DNA of 60,000 nt from Lytechinus pictus (lineage: Eukaryota), in NCBI RefSeq assembly GCF_037042905.1, contig NC_087251.1, forward strand, positions 39,434,001-39,494,000. The letters run 5' to 3'. The position numbers were made by a program, and so were the translations under genes. Positions 34,501-56,200 of this stretch are shown here, in pieces (within the stretch, counting starts at the first letter, position 1; every line of letters begins with the position of its first letter). The notes under the pieces are model-generated. The model was not told the DNA's origin, did no database searches, and saw nothing but the letters and a program-made list of their open reading frames with translations.

Positions 34501-34916
34501 TGGCCCGAATTCACAAAAGTGGTTTTGAAACCCTACGGTTGAATCCATGGTTTATGCAGATTTCCTGTATAATTTACGCTTGATAATTTAGCGCGTGTGT
34601 AAAATATGTCCAATGCTGGTGCGCTCTTTTGTCACAGTGCGCCAAATTGATGCCTGTCACCATGATTAGATACGCAATTTTATTCATGAGTCCACTGTTT
34701 GAAGAGTGGACTCATTATTCAAAACAGTGGACTCATGAATAAAATAGCGTGGATAACCACGGCAACAGGCGTCAATTTGGCGCACTGGCAAAAGCGCGCA
34801 TCAGCATTGGACATTTTTTAGTATACGAGGTAAATAAGAATAATTTATACAGGAAATCTGCATAAACCATGGACTCAACCGTGGGTTTTCAAAACCACCT
34901 TTGTGAATTCGGGCCA
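34501..34916. mobile_element. Fully palindromic MITE
   Basis: tggcccgaattcacaaaagtggttttg / caaaaccacctttgtgaattcgggcca; inverted symmetry extends to the centre (~34700-34715). Confidence 0.88.
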
Positions 34917-35158
34917 GTGTGATTTTGGTGCTGTGCTGATGTAAAACTTAACCAAAAACAATGCCAATTGGTCAACACCGAACTTGAGTATGGATGGATC
35001 GACGGCAGGCTTTAGGGTCAAATTTGAAACTTTTGTCCGGCTGTCTCTTGACTTGGGTCTCACAGTTTCTGATTTATCCCTGGGGGGTGTGTTATTAAGT
35101 TGTGTATGACTTTATGCAGGACTGGAACACGTTCTTAAGAGCCAAGTCAGCTGCACAG

Positions 35159-35562
35159 CCCGGGAGTGACCACTTACATTGACGAGTGGATACCATGCGC
35201 GACCAAAAAGCTACGTGTTTAGGGTCAAATTTGCGAGGGTATAAAAAATACTAAAATGTTTTATAAAGGATGTACTTTTTGCCCCATCAACACTAGGTGT
35301 TTAGAGCTGATTTTATGTAGGTAATGGTAAAACGACGACCGACACGTAACTAAAATATCGCTGTACTTGTTTAAGGGTTTAATTCAGGAAATACTTGCCA
35401 ATAGTATAGTTTTGTTTCCAACACTTGATAAGGGTAGGTTTTCACACGCCAATACTTGTTAAGGGGTGCATTTTCAGAATATGGAAAATACTTGTTTAGG
35501 GTGCTTTTCGAGACCCCATGGTCGCGCATGGTATCCACTCGCCAATGGAAGTGGCCTCCGGG
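35159..35562. mobile_element. MITE with a 9-bp TSD, nested inside another MITE
   Basis: TIRs cccggg...gagtggataccatgcgcgacca / tggtcgcgcatggtatccactc...ccggg; TSD gctgcacag at 35150-35158 and 35563-35571. Confidence 0.88.
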
Positions 35563-36466
35563 GCTGCACAGTAAGGATATATCATTAAGCACGAGAACAG
35601 GCCGCCATGCATGTGTAAAGTCATGCACAACTTTAAACCAACAGCTTTATGAAATGCCCCCCCCCCCCCGTATTTCATTATTGGAAAGTTACTCATGGTA
35701 ATACAATCCATTGCCAGTGTCTCCCAAATGTATTTTGGAGAAGTGGATTTGAATTGTCATTATTTTAATTTCCCAATATGAATACATCTCCCTCTGTCTG
35801 CAAAGTGATATAAGTTTTGTACACCAAGAGCTTTATACCTTCCATAGTTATCTTGAAGAAAAAAGCTGTCCCAGGTGTATTTGTGGAGAATAAAATTAAA
35901 ATGGAAGAATACTTGTTTTCATTATCAATAAAACAAAATTATTTTAATTGTTGCATTCTATTGAAGTAAAATGTATTGTTTACGTTTTGTTTATCCGTTG
36001 TAAGAAATAAAATGTCTGTACATTAAAACTGTACTCTGTGTTTTCTTTGCCATGAATTGAATTGTTAGTTCATTTATTCAGAATTATTCATGAAGTAGTA
36101 ATTTTATTTTGCTGTAATCTCCGATACAATATTTAGCTTTCACTATCAACCCCGGTATTGCTGAAATGTTTGTTTAGACTTTTCTTGACTGATGTCCGTA
36201 GACATGTAATGACTAAAATGTTTCAACAGATAATCAGCCTTTTTCTTTAGGATATGGATCAGGATTAAGTTTGTTACTCAAATCAGGGGGGGGGGGGGGG
36301 TCACAAAGAGTTAAGTGTGACCTAATTTAAGCCATGCTTAAATGCTTAGCAAGTGATGTACATATATGCATAGATATCATTGATTTAATACTGTTTACAG
36401 TAGCTCAGATCCTCGGTTATGATTTATTTTTATAACACATGCAACTGGGAAATTGTGACGATTTAA

Positions 36467-36851
36467 AGGTAAAAGAAAGTAGTTGCAGCAATCTTGAGAA
36501 AGTCTTTTAAGTCAAGGTTAATTGTCACTGTATTATCACATATCTAGATCTGGTACATTAATGTGAACTTATCCTTGTGAAATAATGAAATCTTAGCTCA
36601 AAACTGATAATTCTGATGATCACTACCACAGAAAAGCATATGTGGGACATATTATTAATATTGCTTGGAAAAATATCCGACATTTGATGGAATTCTGTGC
36701 TTATTTTGCTCATTTCTCAGCAATTACACATTTTCTTCAAGAGCCATTTGGCACATATTTTTTTTTATCTATACATACAGACACTTTAGGTGGTAATTTT
36801 ACTTGATTCTCTTCAAACTTTTAAAATTGTTACTACAACTGGTATCTATCT
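36467..36851. mobile_element. TTAA-flanked MITE (inverted relative of 53767-54153)
   Basis: Flanked by ttaa on both sides; gcttattttgctcatttctcagcaattacaca is the reverse complement of the matching stretch in the copy near 53890. Confidence 0.75.
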
Positions 36852-37631
36852 TTAAATCTTTGTGAAACACCCCCCTCCCCTCTCCTATACAGTTAACTGA
36901 AATATATATTGCCCCATATTCTTGAGAGGTTTCAATTGTATCATAGACATGTGTAAGTAATGAGGCTGTTTCATTGCATGTACACTGATGATAAGTGCAA
37001 TCATAAATCCATGTTTTTGGCAAAGGGGCCTAAATGAAGCCCAATAATGAGAATTCTTCATCGTTCATGAGATTGTAGATTGTTTTGCCTTGTATTCTCA
37101 GAATTGGATTAGGCGACAAGTATTTTCCATCTATTTTTTGAGTTGGCCCACCCACCCCCTTTCCCCCTCCTCAATTTCATAAACTGTATATTAGCCATAA
37201 CATGTCCTCTGCTTATCAATTATCATTTCATTACAATTTTAATAGCTACACTTGATGATAATAATTATGAAGGTGATTATGAGAAAAAACTATAATTAGA
37301 GTGATGATTCTGAATACTGCAATGATTTAGATGATGGTGACAATTAGGATAATGATTGCAATTATGAAGGTGACATTGATGATAATGATAAGCCCCCCCC
37401 CCCCCCCCGGTTAAAACGCGAGAATAATATAATCAATTTTATAGTTTTCTTATGAAAGCCTTTTGTGAACTGGGAAGTGGAAAACATTTTCTTTTGCCTG
37501 ATGATTTAAAAATACAGGTCAATTCACCAAAGTGGAATCACTTGGGACTACAGAAATCTGATTGATTTTTGGCAAATTCGACTCTAATATATGTTAGATG
37601 TTGTTTGAAGGTTTGCATGGTGGCATGTACA

Positions 37632-38138
37632 ATCGCTGATGTGGTTTACGGTACACCATGTGGAGTGTTATAGAAACAGTGGAAAGAAGAAAAGGAATTG
37701 GATAGGCGAGAAAGTGGAAATTTGAGAGTAGAGTATTCTTTTCTTGAAAGTATTCCTGAAAAGGACTGTAAACCAGAAGAAATTAATGAGATTGAAGAAA
37801 CAGCTTGAGTAGTAGGCTGGATGAGGAGTTGCTGGCTTGAGTCGGTGAGTAGAAATGATGAGTAGAAGCAGTAGAGACTCTCCCCCAGTAAAAACTACTA
37901 CTGCTTCTACTCATCTCTACTCGCCGACTCAAGCCAGCAACTCCTCATCCAGCCTACTACTCAAGCTATTTCTTCAATCTCATTAATCTCTTCTGGTTTA
38001 GTCCTTTTCAGGAATACTTTCAAGAAAAGAATACTCTTCTCTCAAATTTCCACTTTCTCGCCTATCCAATTCCTTTTCTTCTTCTTTACACTGTTTCTAT
38101 AACACTCCACATGGTGTACCGTAAACCACATCAGCGAT
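37632..38138. repeat. Long near-perfect inverted repeat (~240-bp arms, ~23-bp spacer)
   Basis: 37632-37874 (atcgctgatgtggtttacggtacacc...) is the reverse complement of ~37898-38138 (...ggtgtaccgtaaaccacatcagcgat) with few mismatches. Confidence 0.96.
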
Positions 38139-39513
38139 CTAAAGATGTTGTTATCACATGTTTTGAATATTCAATTTATGCCGAGTCTACTGTAAATGTC
38201 TGTAAAAACTCCATTACACACATGCACACAATCTTTTAAATGGAAAGACACAGAAATCAACAATCAATTACTTTGTAAGCAAAAAACATTGCGATTTATT
38301 CTGTGTACAAAACAAAAATCAATTCACAGACAACATCTTCATAAACAAAAAAAGGAAGAAAATATGCCTGGTTCACATCAGAATTCTTCCACATCAAGGG
38401 TTAAGGATTTTAAATCAAAGAGAAAGTCTCCTTTAAATTTTTGTATGAAACTGATGGTATCAGTAGGGGATCCTTACTTGGCAACACTGAGCATTCAGCA
38501 ACGGAATAAACTCGTTACAGACTGTTATTGTGACAGCCTTATCGTAACTACACAGCTTCACTCTAAATAACTCATTTATAGCATCCATACAAAATTGGTG
38601 TACATTTATTCTGAATTGCAAAGAAACCTAGCAACTGGAGTTATTAAACGTAACCATTCTGATATCTGTGAAGGAACCCCCTAAGTTTTTATAAGTAAAA
38701 AAAAAAATACACGTAGGTGTATGCGTTTGTGAGTCATGAATAGCAATATAAATCACAATACTTAGCCTTCCAAATGATAAATCATATATTCACCATATCA
38801 TGTGGGAGAAAATTATTGTCAATTCAACGGAGCTTCCTAATTCTACAAATACATATACAATGTACTTTTGTTTTCAGCACAGCTACAACGTCCCGCATTG
38901 CAAATTCTTCTCCATGCATATTGGGGGAAATTAGACTGTTTTTTTCCCAATATGTAGAGATACTTGGCAGAAGACAAGTGAATAAGGGAATAAAGTACCA
39001 CTTGGTCTACACCCACTTTGTATACTGTCCATTTTGGTCTTATCCCACATGGTCTAATCCTGTTTTGTCTACAACCAGTTCATCTACTAACCATGTGGTC
39101 TATCTTTCATTTAGTCTATATACCACTTTGTCTTATTTCAAGATAGGCTATACACATTTAACCTTATTGCCAGTTGGTCTAAACTGTTTATAAATTAAAT
39201 TTTGATTGACAAAGTGCAACATAATACGTAACGCTGTGGAAATTAGACCATCTGACAGGTGTTTCATAACTCTGTTCGAAAGTCACAAGTGACATTACGG
39301 ACGGCTGGTGATCTTTTCTTAGGTGCTAAATCAACAGCAATGAAAATTTGGTGTACATCATTTACCATAAGAAAGGATCACCAGTCCTTTGTAAAGTCCC
39401 CCGTAACTTGAACAACACCCCACCTGGGCATTAGACTAAACAGCAATTAGACCAAATGAGTATTAGACCAAATGATGGTTGGACTAAGTGGCAATGATAA
39501 TAGTAGACAGAGT

Positions 39514-39823
39514 GCCCGTATTCTGAAGTCGGGTTTAACTTAAACTCAGGTTTAAAGTTGTGGTTTAAGTATGGGAAGCCAAAAGTGTCACAATTTTTAT
39601 AAAGTTGTAATGTTTCTTGTGTTTACTTTGCTTTTTCCCTATTCATCGATGGTGAAGACAATCATCTGTTTATACTTCCTAGACAATTATGAATGATTTG
39701 AGAGCCAAATGAGCTGAAATATGATATCTCTATTGTTAGTGATTTATGTAACAATTGGCTATCCATACTTAAACCACAACTTTAAACCCGAGTTTAAGTT
39801 AATCCCGACTTCAGAATACGGGC
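39514..39823. mobile_element. MITE with long TIRs in the PSMD8 3' region
   Basis: gcccgtattctgaagtcgggtttaacttaaactc...gagtttaagttaatcccgacttcagaatacgggc, with TIRs of about 60 bp. Confidence 0.88.
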
Positions 39824-40020
39824 CAGTGGGTTTTGTCATGGTAATATCAGACGATGTGAGAATAAAGCCATCTGCTTCTAGACCAAGTGGACGAAAACCA
39901 ATAAGGTTGTATTTTGGGAGAGCAGGCACAAAACATATTTGTGATTTCTGTTAGACAGAAAATGGTTTTTGTTGAGATCATTCTACGATATAAATACACT
40001 GTACAAGAGTGGTGTCCCTG

Positions 40021-50097
<10,077 letters not shown>

Positions 50098-50284
50098 TTT
50101 CACGTTCACTTGTGTTGCAGGAAGTCTGCTGCCATCTATCTGCGTTGATCAGTTCTAATTCTGCTAGCGCGCGCCAGCGAGTTAGGCCATCAACACGTAT
50201 TTACTTGGCCGACGTCGACGGCGTACTGTTGCTCCGACGTTCCGTTGACCCACACCGACAGAAAAATAGCTGTTTTGAATAATA
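50098..50284. promoter_or_regulatory. Compact bidirectional promoter shared by PSMD8 and FAM98
   Basis: 187 bp between the two ATGs, rich in CpG compared with the flanks. An ETS-like CAGGAAGT lies near 50118 and a YY1-like AAAATGGCG overlaps the PSMD8 ATG. Confidence 0.85.
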
Positions 50285-53200
50285 ATGACGTCATTGACTG
50301 CTCAAGAGGGGGATGTTTTAGATAGCTTAGATGATCTTGGGTAAGTATTGGCAACTAACCATTGAATTTCATTTGAAATTTGAATAAAAAGTATGATGGG
50401 TGATCAATTTGCACACATTTTTAGAATAAGATTATCGACAGTATCGTGAAGCTCCATTTTCAATCAAAAATTTCTCAAAGGTCACACAAAATTGCTCAAA
50501 CTCATAAATACCAAAGGGAAAGTCAAATTAGCTTGACGGAATTATAATTATAAAGTAGGTACAGGTAATGTTGTAAATCGGATCAAAAATCAGATCGAAA
50601 ATCGGATCGGCAGCTAGTTAAGCTTCTAAAATCGAAATCGAATCGAAAATCGAATCGGCGATGTTTAAAAACAAAGGAATACATCAAAATGTTGTTCGCG
50701 GTCACGCGCATCTTCCTGACAAAGTCACAAAGACGAATGGAAGTCGCCAACATGCGCGATCGTTTGGAACATGTTTTAAAGCCAGGGGTTTTGAGGTGTT
50801 ATTGCTTTAAAATAAACCGAGTGATTTTTATTAGAAAGATAAACGAAAGACGCATCTTCCGAGCAAAGGCGCAAAGGAAAATAAAATGAAAATATTTCTC
50901 ATAGATCACAGGTTAATGAACGATCGGCGGGACATCTTTTAGAAGTATTTTTAGGTGCTAGCGATTTAGAATTATTGGAATGATCTCTTACGACGCATCA
51001 TCTTAAAGTCGCAAGTGCAATTAAAATGAAGTAGAAGACGCAAGCACGCACGATGATTTGAAATATGTTATTAAAATGTTTTGGGTAGCTAGCGTTTTCA
51101 AATCAATTTGAAGTTCACGGCGGGGTCCGCTATCACCACGAGGTTGAAGAGAAGATGTCTATCATCATAAAGGGGGTAAGAGAGTAGCGCAGTGAGCTCC
51201 GTCGGTAATACGACCTTTCAAAGTTCACGGCGGCATCCGCTATCACCACGAGATTGAAAATAAAATGTATATCATCATAAACGATGTAAGAGAGTAACGC
51301 AATAAGCTCCGTCAGTAGCACGATCTTTAAAAGTTCACGGCGGCATCCGCTATCACCACGAGGTTGAAAATAAAATGTATATCATCATAAACGATGTTAG
51401 AGAGAAACGCAGCGAGCTCCGTCGGTAATACGACCTTTCAAAGTTCACGGCGGCATCCGCTATCACCACGAGGTTGAAGAGAAGATTTATATCATTATAA
51501 AGGGGGTAAGAGAGTAGCGCAGTGAGCTCCGTCGGTAATACGACCTTTCAAAGTTCACGGCGGCATCCGCTATCACCACGAGGTTGAAAATAAAATGTAT
51601 ATCATCATAAACGATGTAAGAGAGTAACGCAGTGAGCTCCGTCGGTAATACGACCTTTCAAAGTTCACGGCGGCATCCGCTATCACCACGAGATTGAAAA
51701 TAAAATGTATATCATCATAAACGATGTAAGAGAGTAACGCAATAAGCTCCGTCAGTAGCACGATCTTTAAAAGTTCACGGCGGGGTCCGCTATCACCACG
51801 AGGTTGAAAATAAAATGTAAATCATCATAAACGATGTAAGAGAGTAACGCAATAAGCTCCGTCAGTAGCACGATCTTTAAAAGTTCACGGCGGGGTCCGC
51901 TATCACCACGAGGTTGAAGAGAAGATTTATATCATTATAAAGGGGGTAAGAGAGTAGCGCAGTGAGCTCCGTCGGTAATACGACCTTTCAAAGTTCACGG
52001 CGGCATCCGCTATCACCACGAGGTTGAAAATAAAATGTATATCATCATAAACGATGTAAGAGAGTAACGCAGTGAGCTCCGTCGGTAATACGACCTTTCA
52101 AAGTTCACGGCGGCATCCGCTATCACCATGAGTTGGAAGAGAAGATATCTATCCCCTTAAACATCGCCATAGATAATACCGCGACTTTCTCCCTGAATAA
52201 TGCGACCTCTAAATAGCTAGCACCTCAAAAACAATCTTGAAATATGTTCTGAGCGATCACGCACTGTAACCAGATCTACGCCGATTTTTTATTTTCGATT
52301 TTTTCCTTCAAGGGGCATGATCGAAGATCGGCAAGTGATTGCCGATTGTGGTGAAATCGAATGGAATCGGTTGCCGATTGCAAAATCGGTTACAAGCTTA
52401 GGTACAGTTCAAGGGTTTCGCTGTTAATTTATGCGCAAAAATTAGGTAACGTGCGAATTAAGGTCACACTACCATATGATATACTGCCTTACTGGTATGG
52501 CTAATCAGAACTGCAGCCAATGCATTATGTTATGGGGGCCGTTAACTAGTTCTGCGGACTGTCCGCTAGTGCGCATGCGCAACGGTCCCCTTTGCGATCC
52601 CATAATGCATTGCGATTCTGATTAGTGATAAACCTTATTGAAGCCTCACCTCAAATGAAATATGAAGCCAGGCCAGGGGCAGGGACCACACACTCAGAGT
52701 CAGGTGCGGATCCAGGGGGGGGGGGGCACAGGGGGCATGTGCCCCCTCCCCCTTTTGAGAAGCAAAAGTAAATTTTTTAATGTAAAAATGTCATTAAAAC
52801 AGAGGTGTGCCCCCTCTTTTGAAATTGAAGACCTTTTTTTTTAATCAAGTATTACTGTACATCCTGCCTGAGTTTCAGGTCACATGACCATGGTCAAATG
52901 TCATTTAGTGTCAATAAACTTAGACTATGTTTAGGAATTAACATTGAAAATTACTTAACCATGGTAAAGTTTTTGAAATGTCATCATAACTTAGAAAGTT
53001 TATGGACGTAGTTCATGAAACTTGGACACAAGCAATCAAGTATCACTGAACACCCTGTGTGAGTTTCAAGTCACGTACAGTAATGGGTAAACGGAATTGT
53101 TACTTTTGCTTGTACACAAAGTCTATGGGGAAACGGAATTTCCGTTTTCTGACATGCTGAAACAGAATTAAGGATTTTCTGAAACGGAAAATCACTGTCC

Positions 53201-56200
53201 CTAACCAAGGTAAAGGTCAATGAACTTTTGCCATGTTGGGGATATTTGTTGAATTGCCATTATAACTTTGAAAGTTAATGGATCTAGTTCATGAAACATG
53301 GACATAACAGTAATCAAGTATCATTTATCATCATGCACATGTCTTTCTTCATATGATCAAGGTCAAAGGTCATTTAGGGTCAGTGAACATAGATATGTGT
53401 ATGCTCAGACAAGGGGCACTGCGCAGACTTGGCCTCGGGCATTTACCATAACTGAATATACAAACGAGTGGGAAAGTAATTGGTTAAAAGATGTCAATCT
53501 AAGAATCCTATTCCCAGATTGAACTTTGTTCTTTCTCCTGTTTCCCTACTCTAGGTTTGATGGAGAGCTCTTGAAAGAAGACCAGTTCTTGGCTGCAATT
53601 GAAGCAGGTCCAAGTTCACCAGCCTTCACTGGGTTGGTAGCATGGCTCTCTTCTCAGCTCTGTAACTTATGTGATCTAGAAGCTTCTGTTTCACCAACTT
53701 CATGTAAGTAGTCTTTTCATTGTCTTTGAGTTTGCCTCAGGCTTTGAAATCTTCAATTCTCCTTAAAGATAAATTCCAGTTGTGGGGCCGATCTCAAAAT
53801 GACTTTTTACAGAATTTAATATAATGATCACCAAAGTGTCTGTTTGTATGAATAGAAAATATGTGCCAAAGGATTCTGGAAGAAATTGTGTAATTGCTGA
53901 GAAATAAGCAAAATAAGCGCGGATTCTGTCACTTCCGTCGGGTCTTTATTCAAGCAATAATAATACACTGTCCCACGTCTGCCTATCTGTGTTGGCGATC
54001 TTCAGTGATCGTTTTTTAGCTTAGATATTATGATTTCACAAAGTTCAGTTTATGTAACTGTACCAGATCCACGATGATATAGTAATACTTAACCTTGGTT
54101 TTACAGACTTTCTCACGAAATCAGTATTTTACTGCAACTACTGTCATTTAGCTTTAATTTTTTAGTTCTTCCTCCATTTCCATTCTCATTTTATATGTTG
54201 CTTTATATTACTATTATTTTTTATTTATTTTTGTTAATTATTATTATTATCATTATTACATGGGTGGGGGAGAATTCTTGCCTTAAATTCTTTAAACTCC
54301 TGTTCATTTTCACAACAAGTTGCTAGATATTTGATATTGTGTTTATATGATACAAAATGTGTTGAACTAATCACTTTGAGTTATTAAGAAGCTTTGCTTT
54401 TTTTCTGCAAGATAAGTTACAGATTAAAAAAAAGAGAATAAACAAAATTATATGGTGGAGCAGTTACATTTATTCCATTTCTGTTCATATGCAGGTGCTG
54501 AAGATGCAGACACATTTGAGCTGGAGCTCAGTGGGCTCCTGAAGGAGCTCTCCTGTCCATACAAGATCCTCACACAAGGAGAAATGATAAACAGACTGGG
54601 AAATAAGGCTAACAGATTAACACTCTTAGGTGAGAAATAATAAAATATAAATACAATTTTACCTGTGTAATTGATGATCTAACATCAACATATGTAGTCA
54701 TTTTCATTCTAGCTGACAAAGTAATTAAACAGATGGGTAGATACATAATTTACAAACTTCTTAATAGATTTCTTCTAGGTATTATTAGAAATGGACATTC
54801 TCACAACCCATTTTAAGGCATACGGGAAACAAATACATACAAATCTTTTGCAATAAAAAAATGTCCATGACAGTCAGTACTATTCTGTTTATATTTTCTT
54901 CAGATTTTCTAACAAGTGAGCTGCAATCTGCTAAGATGTTACAAGACAGAAATCCAACTAAACCTACCAATACAGCCCCTGCTGAAGATGTAAGTTGATT
55001 ATTCATGAATTTGTTATTGATTCAAATGATTTGATTTTGAAATCCTCTGAAATAATTCTGATTTTAAGAATGCAGACTTTGCACAAATGAAAATTTCAAT
55101 AGTTTTGGGGGGCTTTTGTCTCACCTGCATAGCAGAGTGAGACTATAGGTGCCGCTTTTCCGGCGGCGGCGTCAACATCAAATCTTAACTGAAGAATAAG
55201 TTTTTGAAATTACAGCATAACTTAGAAAGTATATGAAACTTGGACATAAGGTTAATCAAGTATTACTGAACATCCTGCCCTAGTTTCAGGTCACATGACC
55301 AGTCAAAGGTCATTTAGGGTCATTGAACTTAGACCATGTTGGGGAAGTCAATATCGAAATCTTAACCAAGGTTAGGTTTTTGAAATGTCATCAGAACTTA
55401 GAAAGTATGTGGACCTAGTTCATGAAACTTGGCCATAAGGGTAATTGAATATTACTGCACATCCTGCCTGAGTTTCTAGTCACATGACCAAAGTCAAAGG
55501 TCATTTAGGGTCAATGACTTTGGCCAAGTTGGGGGTATTTGTGGAATTACCATCATCATAACTTTGAAAGTTTATGGATCTGATTCATGAAACTTGGACA
55601 TAAGAGTAATCAAGTATCGCTGAAGATCCTGTGCGAGTTTCAGGTCACATGACCAAGGTCAAAGGTCATTTAAGGTCAATGAACTTCGGCCATGTTGGGG
55701 GTATTTGTTGAATTACTATCATAACTCTGAAACTGCATTGGTCTAGTTCTTAAAACTTGGACATAAGAGTAATCAAGTATCACTGAACATCCTGTGTGAG
55801 TTTCAGGTCACATGACCAAGGTCATAGGTCATTAAGGTCAACAAACTTTGGCCATGTGGGAGGTAATTATTAAATTGCTGTCATTACTTTCAAAGTTTAT
55901 GGATATAGTGTATTGTGGATATAGGGGTAATCAAGTATCACTGACAAGTCTTAGGTCACATGATCAAGGTCAAATGTCATTTAGGGTCAATGAACGTAGT
56001 ATTGTATGGTGTTTTTTGTGAATAATTATTTTATAGTCATTTTCAAATTTAGCACTGCTGCTATATTGAATCGCGTAATGCAGGTGAGACTGCCAGAGGT
56101 GCTCCACTTGTTTTTAGATTTTAACATTAGCAACAAGTATTTATTAATCATAGTTGTAAATATTGTGGTGTTAAAAATGAAATCTGAGAGATTGTCCAAG

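Noticed and set aside
50098..50109. Upstream GTG start for PSMD8 (MNVK...) given by the ORF track
   Set aside because: The eukaryotic start is the ATG at 50097, in good context (AAAATGG).
51111..52145. CRISPR array
   Set aside because: There are no unique spacers (whole 110-bp units repeat), no cas genes, and the context is a eukaryotic intron.
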